Assembly: GCA_051313645.2 (NCBI GenBank)
Contig: JBNRSN020000031.1
Coordinates: 4,898,001-4,962,000 of the forward strand
DNA: 64,000 nucleotides
Reading direction: 5' to 3'
DNA from: Centroscyllium fabricii
Lineage: Eukaryota
The notes below the pieces were generated by a model. It searched no databases and was not told the origin of the DNA. It saw nothing but the letters and a program-made list of their open reading frames with translations. Every line of letters begins with the position of its first letter. Position 1 is the stretch's first letter. Below are positions 54,001 through 64,000 of this stretch, piece after piece. The translations under genes and the position numbers were made by a program.

Positions 54001-57000
54001 TATTCACGTAATCATATGCTGAGTTATCATTGGCCCACAGGCATTTGTAAGGACTACCTATTATATTCACGTAATCACATGCTGTGTTATCATTGGCCCA
54101 CAGGCATCTGTAAGGACTACATATTATAATCACGTAATCACATGCTGAGTTATCATTGGCCCGCAGGCATCTGTAAGGACTACCTATTATATTCACGTAA
54201 TCACACGCTGAGTTATCATTTGCCCACAGGTATCTGTAAGGACTACTATTATATTCACGTAATCACATGCTGAGTTATCATTGGCCCAATGGCATCTGTA
54301 AGGACTAATATTGTATTCACGTAATCAAATGCTGAGTTATCATTGGCCCACAGGCATCTGTAAGGACTACTATTGTATTCACGTAATCACATGCTGAGTT
54401 ATCATTGCCCCGCAGGCATCTGTAAGGACTACCTATTATATTCACGTAATCACATGCTGAGTTATCATTGTCCCACAGGCATCTGTAAGGACTACTATTT
54501 TATTCACGTAATCATATGCTGAGTTATCATTGGCCCACAGGCATCTGTAAGGACTACCTATTATATTCACGTAATCATATGCTGAGTTATCATTGGCCCA
54601 CAGGCATCTGGAAGGACTACCTATTATATTCACGTAATCACATGCTGAATTATCATTGGCCCAAAGGCATCTGTAAGGACTACCTATTATATTCACGTAA
54701 TCATATGCTGAGTTATCATTGGCCCACAGGCATTTGTAAGGACTACCAATTATATTCACGTGATCACATGCTGAGTTATCATTGGCCCACAGGCATCTGT
54801 AAGGACTACTATTGTATTCAATTAACCAAATGCTGAGTTATCATTGGCCCACAGGCATCTGTAAGGACTACTATTGTATTCACGTAATCACATGCTGAGT
54901 TATCATTGGCACGCAGGCATCTGTAAGGACTACATATTATATTCACGTAATCACACGCTGAGTTATCATTGGCCAACAGGCATCTGTGAGGACTACTATT
55001 ATATTCACGTAATCACATGCTGAGTTATCATTGGCCCACTGGCATCTGTAAGGACTACTATTGTATTCACGTAATCAAAGGCTGAGTTATTATTGGTCCA
55101 CAGGCATCTGTAAGGACTACCTATTATATGCACGTAATCACATGATGAGTATCATTGGCCCACAGGCATCTGTAAGGACTACTATTGTATTCACGTAATC
55201 ACATGCTGAGTTATCATTTGCCCACATGCATCTGTAAGGACTACCTATTATATTCACGTAATCACATGCTGAGTTATCATTGGCCCACAGGCATCTGTAA
55301 GGACTACCTATTATATTCACGTAATCACATGCTGAGTTATCATTGGCCCACAGGCATATGTAAGGATTACCTATTATATTCACGTAATCACATGCTGAGA
55401 TATCATTGGCCCACAGGCATCTGTAAGGTCTACCTATTATATTCACGTAATCACATGCTAAGTTATCATTGGCCCGCAGGCATCTGTAAGAACTACCTAT
55501 TATATTCACGTAATCACATGCTGAATTATCATTGGCCCACAGGCATCTATAAGGACTACCTATTATATGCACGTAATCACATGCTGAGTTATCATTGGCC
55601 CACAGGCATCTGTAGGGACTACCTATTATATTCACGTAATCACATGCTGAGTTATCATTGGCCCACAAGCATCTGGATGGATTACCAATTATATTCACGT
55701 AATCACATGCTGAATTATCATTGGACCAAAGGCATCTGTAAGGACTACTATTGTATTCACGTAATCACATGCTGAGTTATCATTGGCCCACAGGCATCTG
55801 TAAGGACTACCTATTATATTCACGTAATCACATGCTGAGTTATCATTGGCCCACAGGCATCTGTAAGGACTACCTGTTATGTTCATGTAATCACATGCTG
55901 AGTTATCATTGGCCCACAGGCATTTGTAAGGACTACCTATTAAATTCACGTAATCACATGCTGAGTTATCATTGGCCCACAGGCATCTGTAAGGACTACC
56001 TATTATATTCACGTAATCACATGCTGAGATATCATTGGCCCACAGGCATCTGTAAGGACTAACTATTATATTCAGGTAATCACATGCTGAATTATCATTG
56101 GCCCAAAGGCATCTGTAAGGACTACCTATTATATTCACGTAATCACATGCTGAGTTATCATTGGCCCGCAGGCATTTGTAAGGACTACCAATTATATTCA
56201 CGTGATCACATGCTGAGTTATCATTGGCCCACAGGCATCTGTAAGGACTACTATTGTATTCAATTAACCAAATGCTGAGTTATCATTGGCCCACAGGCAT
56301 CTGTAAGGACTACTATTGTATTCACGTAATGACATGCTGAGTTATCATTGACCCGCAGGCATCTGTAAGGACTACCTGTTATATTCACGTAATCACACGC
56401 TGAGTTATCATTGGCCCACAGGCATCTGTAAGGACTACTATTATATTCACGTAATCACATGCTGAGTTATCATTGGCCCACTGGCATCTGTAAGGACTAC
56501 TATTGTATTCACGTAATCAAAGGCTGAGTTATTATTTGTCCACAGGCATCAGTAAGGACTACCTATTATATTCACGTAATCACATGCTGAGTATCATTGG
56601 CCCACAGGCATCTGTAAGGACTACTATTGTATTCACGTAATCACATGCTGAGTTATAATTGGCCCGCCGGCATCTGTAAGGACTACCTATTATATTCTCG
56701 TAATCACATGCTGAGTTATCATTGGCCCACAGGCATCTGTAAGGACTACTATTATATTCACGTAATCATATGCTGAGTTATCATTGGCCCACAGGCATTT
56801 GTAAGGACTACCTATTATATTCACGTAATCACATGCTGTGTTATCATTGGCCCACAGGCATCTGTAAGGACTACCTATTATAATCACGTAATCACATGCT
56901 GAGTTATCATTGGCCCGCAGGCATCTGTAAGGACTACCTATTATATTCACGTAATCACACGCTGAGTTATCATTTGCCCACAGGTATCTGTAAGGACTAC

Positions 57001-60000
57001 TATTATATTCACGTAATCACATGCTGAGTTATCATTGGCCCACAGGCATCTGTAAGGACTACCTATTATAATCACGTAATCACATGCTGAGTTATCATTG
57101 GCCCGCAGGCATCTGTAAGGACTACCTATTATATTCACGTAATCACACGCTGAGTTATCATTTGCCCACAGGTATCTTTAAGGACTACTATTATCTTCAC
57201 GTAGTCACATGCTGAGTTATCATTTGCCCACTGGCATCTGTAAGGACTAATATTGTATTCACGTAATCAAATGCTGAGTTATCATTGGCCCACAGGCATC
57301 TGTAAGGACTACTATTGTATTCACGTAATCTCATGCTGAGTTATCATTGCCCCGCAGGCATCTGTAAGGACTACCTATTATATTCACGTAATCACATGCT
57401 GAGTTATCATTGGCCCACAGGCATCTGTAAGGACTACTATTTTATTCACGTAATCATATGCTGAATTATTATTGGCCCACAGGCATCTGTAAGGACTACC
57501 TATTATATTCACGTAATCATATGCTGAGTTATCATTGGCCCACAGGCATCTGGAAGGACTACCTATTATATTCACGTAATCACATGCTGAGTTATCATTG
57601 GCCCACAGGCATCTGTAAGGACTACCTGTTATATTCATGTAATCACATGCTGAGTTATCATTGGCCCACAGGCATCTGTAAGGACTACTATTATATTCAC
57701 GTAATCACATGCTGAGTTATCATTGGCCCGCAGGCATCTGTAAGGACTACCTATTATATTCACGTATTCACACGCTGAGTTATCATTGGCCCCCAGGCAT
57801 CTGTAAGGACTACTATTATATTCACGTAATCACATGCTGAGTTATCATTGGACCAAAGGCATCTGTAAGGACTACTATTATATTCACGTAATCACATGCT
57901 GAGTTATTATTGGTCAACAGGCATCTGTAAGGACTACCTATTATATTCATGTAATCACATGCTGAGTATCATTGGCCCACAGGCATCTGTAAGGACTACT
58001 ATTGTATTTACGTAATCACATGCTGAGTTATCATTGGCCCGCAGGCATCTGTAAGGACTACCTATTATATTCACGTAATCACATGCTGAGTTATGATTGG
58101 CCCACAGGCATCTGTAAGGACTGCCTATTATATTCACGTAATCACATGCTGAGTTATCATTGGCCCACAGGCATCTGTAAGGATTACCTATTATATTCAC
58201 GTAAACACATGCTGAGATATCATTGGCCCACAGGCATCTGTAAGGACTACCTATTATATTCACGTAATCACATGCTGAGTTATCATTGACCCACAGGCAT
58301 CTGGAAGGATTACCTATTATATTCACGTAATCACATGCTGAATTATCATTGGACCAAAGGCATCTGTAAGGACTACTATTGTATTCACGTAATCACATGC
58401 TGAGTTATCATTGGCCCTCAGGCATCTGTAAGGACTACCTAATATATTCACGTAATCACATGCTGAGATATCATTGGCCCACAGGCATCTGTAAGGACTA
58501 CCTATTGTATTCAATTAACCAAATGCTGTGTTATCATTGGCCCACAGGTATCTGTAAGGACTACTATTATATTCACGTAATCACATGCTGTGTTATCATT
58601 GGCCCACAGGCATCTGTAAGGACTACCTATTATAATCACGTAATCACATGCTGAGTTATCATTGGCCCACAGGCATCTGTAAGGACTACCTGTTATATTC
58701 ATGTAATCACATGCTGAGTTATCATTGGCCCACAGGCATCTGTAAGGACTACTATTATATTCACGTAATCACATGCTGAGTTATCATTGGCCCGCAGGCA
58801 TCTGTAAGGACTACCTATTATATTCACGTATTCACACGCTGAGTTATCATTGGCCCCCAGGCATCTGTAAGGACTACTATTATATTCACGTAATCACATG
58901 CTGAGTTATCATTGGACCAAAGGCATCTGTAAGGACTACTATTATATTCACGTAATCACATGCTGAGTTATTATTGGTCCACAGGCATCTGTAAGGACTA
59001 CCTATTATATTCATGTAATCACATGCTGAGTATCATTGGCCCACAGGCATCTGTAAGGACTACTATTGTATTTACGTAATCACATGCTGAGTTATCATTG
59101 GCCCGCAGGCATCTGTAAGGACTACCTATTATATTCACGTAATCACATGCTGAGTTATGATTGGCCCACAGGCATCTGTAAGGACTGCCTATTATATTCA
59201 CGTAATCACATGCTGAGTTATCATTGGCCCACAGGCATCTGTAAGGATTACCTATTATATTCACGTAAACACATGCTGAGATATCATTGGCCCACAGGCA
59301 TCTGTAAGGACTACCTATTATATTCACGTAATCACATGCTGAGTTATCATTGACCCACAGGCATCTGGAAGGATTACCTATTATATTCACGTAATCACAT
59401 GCTGAATTATCATTGGACCAAAGGCATCTGTAAGGACTACTATTGTATTCACGTAATCACATGCTGAGTTATCATTGGCCCTCAGGCATCTGTAAGGACT
59501 ACCTAATATATTCACGTAATCACATGCTGAGATATCATTGGCCCACAGGCATCTGTAAGGACTACCTATTGTATTCAATTAACCAAATGCTGTGTTATCA
59601 TTGGCCCACAGGTATCTGTAAGGACTACTATTATATTCACGTAATCACATGCTGTGTTATCATTGGCCCACAGGCATCTGTAAGGACTACCTATTATAAT
59701 CACGTAATCACATGCTGAGTTATCATTGGCCCGCAGGCATCTGTAAGGACTACCTATTATATTCACGTAATCACACGCTGAGTTATCATTTGCCCACAGG
59801 TATCTGTAAGGACTACTATTATATTCACGTAATCACATGCTGAGTTATCATTGGCCCACTGGCATCTGTAAGGACTAATATTGTATTCACGTAATCAAAT
59901 GCTGAGTTATCATTGGCCCACAGGCATCTGTAAGGACTACTATTGTATTCACGTAATCACATGCTGAGTTATCATTGCCCCGCAGGCATCTGTAAGGACT

Positions 60001-63000
60001 ACCTATTATATTCACGTAATCACATGCTGAGTTATCATTGGCCCACAGGCATCTGTAAGGACTACTATTATATTCACGTAATAATATGCTGAGTTATCAT
60101 TGGCCCACAGGCAGCTGTAAGGACTACCTATTATATTCACGTAATCACATGCTGAGTTATCATTGGCCCACTGGCATCTGTAAGGACTACTATTGTATTC
60201 ACGTAATCAAAGGCTGAGTTATTATTTCTCCACAGGCATCTGTAAGGACTACCTATTATATTCACGTAATCACATGCTGAGTTATCATTGGCCCGCAGGC
60301 ATTTGTAAGGACTACCAATTATATTCACGTGATCACATGCTGAGTTATCATTGGCCCACAGGCATCTGTAAGGACTACTATTGTATTCAATTAACCAAAT
60401 GCTGAGTTATCATTGGCCCACAGGCATCTGTAAGGACTACTATTGTATTCACGTAATGACATGCTGAGTTATCATTGACCCGCAGGCATCTGTAAGGACT
60501 ACCTGTTATATTCACGTAATCACACGCTGAGTTATCATTGGCCCACAGGCATCTGTAAGGACTACTATTATATTCACGTAATCACATGCTGAGTTATCAT
60601 TGGCCCACTGGCATCTGTAAGGACTACTATTGTATTCACGTAATCAAAGGCTGAGTTATTATTTGTCCACAGGCATCAGTAAGGACTACCTATTATATTC
60701 ACGTAATCACATGCTGAGTATCATTGGCCCACAGGCATCTGTAAGGACTACTATTGTATTCACATAATCACATGCTGAGTTATAATTGGCCCGCCGGCAT
60801 CTGTAAGGACTACCTATTATATTCTCGTAATCACATGCTGAGTTATCATTGGCCCACAGGCATCTGTAAGGACTACTATTATATTCACGTAATCATATGC
60901 TGAGTTATCATTGGCCCACAGGCATTTGTAAGGACTACCTATTATATTCACGTAATCACATGCTGTGTTATCATTGGCCCACAGGCATCTGTAAGGACTA
61001 CCTATTATAATCACGTAATCACATGCTGAGTTATCATTGGCCCGCAGGCATCTGTAAGGACTACCTATTATATTCACGTAATCACACGCTGAGTTATCAT
61101 TTGCCCACAGGTATCTGTAAGGACTACTATTATATTCACGTAATCACATGCTGAGTTATCATTGGCCCACAGGCATCTGTAAGGACTACCTATTATAATC
61201 ACGTAATCACATGCTGAGTTATCATTGGCCCGCAGGCATCTGTAAGGACTACCTATTATATTCACGTAATCACACGCTGAGTTATCATTTGCCCACAGGT
61301 ATCTTTAAGGACTACTATTATCTTCACGTAGTCACATGCTGAGTTATCATTTGCCCACTGGCATCTGTAAGGACTAATATTGTATTCATGTAATCAAATG
61401 CTGAGTTATCATTGGCCCACAGGCATCTGTAAGGACTACTATTGTATTCACGTAATCACATGCTGAGTTATCATTGCCCCGCAGGCATCTGTAAGGACTA
61501 CCTATTATATTCACGTAATCATATGCTGAATTATTATTGGCCCACAGTCATCTGTAAGGACTACCTATTATATTCACGTAATCATATGCTGAGTTATCAT
61601 TGGCCCACAGGCATCTGGAAGGACTACCTATTATATTCACGTAATCACATGCTGAGTTATCATTGGCCCACAGGCATCTGTAAGGACTACCTGTTATATT
61701 CATGTAATCACATGCTGAGTTATCATTGGCCCACAGGCATCTGTAAGGACTACTATTATATTCACGTAATCACATGCTGAGTTATCATTGGCCCGCAGGC
61801 ATCTGTAAGGACTACCTATTATATTCACGTATTCACACGCTGAGTTATCATTGGCCCCCAGGCATCTGTAAGGACTACTATTATATTCACGTAATCACAT
61901 GCTGAGTTATCATTGGCCCACTGGCATCTCTAAGGACTACTATTATATTCACGTAATCACATGCTGAGTTATTATTGGTCCACAGGCATCTGTAAGGACT
62001 ACCTATTATATTCATGTAATCACATGCTTAGTATCATTGGCCCACAGGCATCTGTAAGGACTACTATTGTATTTACGTAATCACATGCTGAGTTATCATT
62101 GGCCCGCAGGCATCTGTAAGGACTACCTATTATATTCACGTAATCACATGCTGAGTTATCATTGGCCCACAGGCATCTGTAAGGACTGCCTATTATATTC
62201 ACGTAATCACATGCTGAGTTATCATTGGCCCACAGGCATCTGTAAGGATTACCTATTATATTCACGTAAACACATGCTGAGATATCATTGGCCCACAGGC
62301 ATCTGTAAGGACTACCTATTATATTCACGTAATCACATGCTGAGTTATCATTGGCCCACAGGCATCTGGAAGGATTACCTATTATATTCACGTAATCACA
62401 TGCTGAATTATCATTGGACCAAAGGCATCTGTAAGGACTACTATTGTATTCACGTAATCACATGCTGAGTTATCATTGGCCCTCAGGCATCTGTAAGGAC
62501 TACCTAATATATTCACGTAATCACATGCTGAGATATCATTGGCCCACAGGCATCTGTAAGGACTACCTATTGTATTCAATTAACCAAATGCTGTGTTATC
62601 ATTGGCCCACAGGTATCTGTAAGGACTACTATTATATTCACGTAATCACATGCTGTGTTATCATTGGCCCACAGGCATCTGTAAGGACTACCTATTATAA
62701 TCACGTAATCACATGCTGAGTTATCATTGGCCCGCAGGCATCTGTAAGGACTAATATTATATTCACGTAATCACACGCTGAGTTATCATTTGCCCACAGG
62801 TATCTGTAAGGACTACTATTATATTCACGTAATCACATGCTGAGTTATCATTGGCCCACTGGCATCTGTAAGGACTAATATTGTATTCACGTAATCAAAT
62901 GCTGAGTTATCATTGGCCCACAGGCATCTGTAAGGACTACTATTGTATTCACGTAATCACATGCTGAGTTATCATTGCCCCGCAGGCATCTGTAAGGACT

Positions 63001-64000
63001 ACCTATTATATTCACGTAATCACATGCTGAGTTATCATTGGCCCACAGGCATCTGTAAGGACTACTATTATATTCACGTAATAATATGCTGAGTTATCAT
63101 TGGCCCACAGGCATCTGTAAGGATTACCTATTATATTCACGTAATCATATGCTGAGTTATCATTGGCCCACAGGCATCTGTAAGGACTACATATTATATT
63201 CACGTAATCACATGCTGAGTTATCATTGGCCCACAGGCATCAGTAAGGACTACCTGTTATATGCATGTAATCACATGCTGAGTTATCATTGGCACACAGG
63301 CATTTGTAAGGACTACCTATTATATTCACGTAATCACATGCTGAGTTATCATTGGCCCACAGGCATCTGTAAGGACTACCTATTATATTCACGTAATCAC
63401 ATGCTGAGATATCATTGGCCCACAGGCATCTGTAAGGTTTACCTATTATATTCAGGTAATCACATGCTGAATTATCATTGGCCCAAAAGCATCTGTAAGG
63501 ATTACCTATTATATTCACGTAATCATATTCTGAGTTATCATTGGCCCGCAGGCATTTGTAAGGACTACCAATTATATTCACGTGATCACATGCTGAGTTA
63601 TCATTGGCCCACAGGCATCTGTAAGGACTGCTATTGTATTCAATTAACCAAATGCTGAGTTATCATTGGCCCACAGGCATTTGTAAGGACTACTATTGTA
63701 TTCACGTAATCACATGCTGAGTTATCATTGACACGCAGGCATCTGTAAGGACTACCTATTATATTCACGTAATCACACGCTGAGTTATCATTGGCCCACA
63801 GGCATCTGCAAGGACTACTATTGTATTCACGTAATCACATGCTGAGTTATCATTGGCCCACTGGCATCTGTACGGACTACTATTGTATTCATGTAATCAA
63901 AGGCTGAGTTATTATTTGTCCACAGACATCTGTAAGGTTTACCTATTATATTCACGTAATCACATGCTGAGTATCATTGGCCCACAGGCATTTGTAAGGA
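45097..64000. repeat. 63/62-bp satellite, segment 6 (continues beyond the right edge)
   Basis: Same monomer, with multi-kb internal duplications and no further insertions seen. Confidence 0.99.

Noticed and set aside
265-63658. Hundreds of ORFs with 21-aa repeats (YSRNHMLSYHWPTGICKDYLL on +, YVNIIGSPYRCLWANDNSACD on -)
   Set aside because: 63 is divisible by 3, so any stop-free frame repeats. About (61/64)^21 = 0.36 of frames are open by chance, so 2 of 6 is expected. Frequent 62-bp units and nonsense variants break the frames, showing no coding constraint.
1-64000. CRISPR-like array or diversity-generating cassette system linked to the reverse transcriptases
   Set aside because: There are no unique spacers or cas genes. 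Variation is scattered point change inherited in blocks. The RTs are ordinary eukaryotic LINE proteins with insertion hallmarks.

Overview
Eukaryotic, probably cartilaginous-fish, satellite DNA. About 56 of the 64 kb is a head-to-tail array of a 63-bp monomer (consensus CTATTATATTCACGTAATCACATGCTGAGTTATCATTGGCCCACAGGCATCTGTAAGGACTAC, 26/63 GC) plus a common 62-bp variant. The array was built by nested duplications of about 0.12 to >5 kb and splits into three domains with different diagnostic variants. Transposons interrupt it at five sites: (1) a ~3.1-kb single-ORF APE-RT-CCHC LINE (Ingi/Vingi-like) with an open 987-aa ORF, a (GAA)n tail and a 12-bp TSD; (2) a 207-bp Rex1/Babar-like 3' end; (3) a 1.1-kb frameshifted CR1; (4) a 2.3-kb CR1 with an open RT, a structured 3'UTR insert and a second CR1 3' end fused to it; (5) a 1.13-kb non-autonomous hAT element with an 8-bp TSD that contains a tRNA-derived V-SINE with a CR1 tail. 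The hundreds of repetitive ORFs in the track are by-products of the 3x21-bp period. I found no host gene and no convincing wholly new system. The best leads are the multi-stem RNA element in the CR1 3'UTR, the Vingi-like LINE and the satellite architecture. Family names rest on recalled motifs, not on searches.
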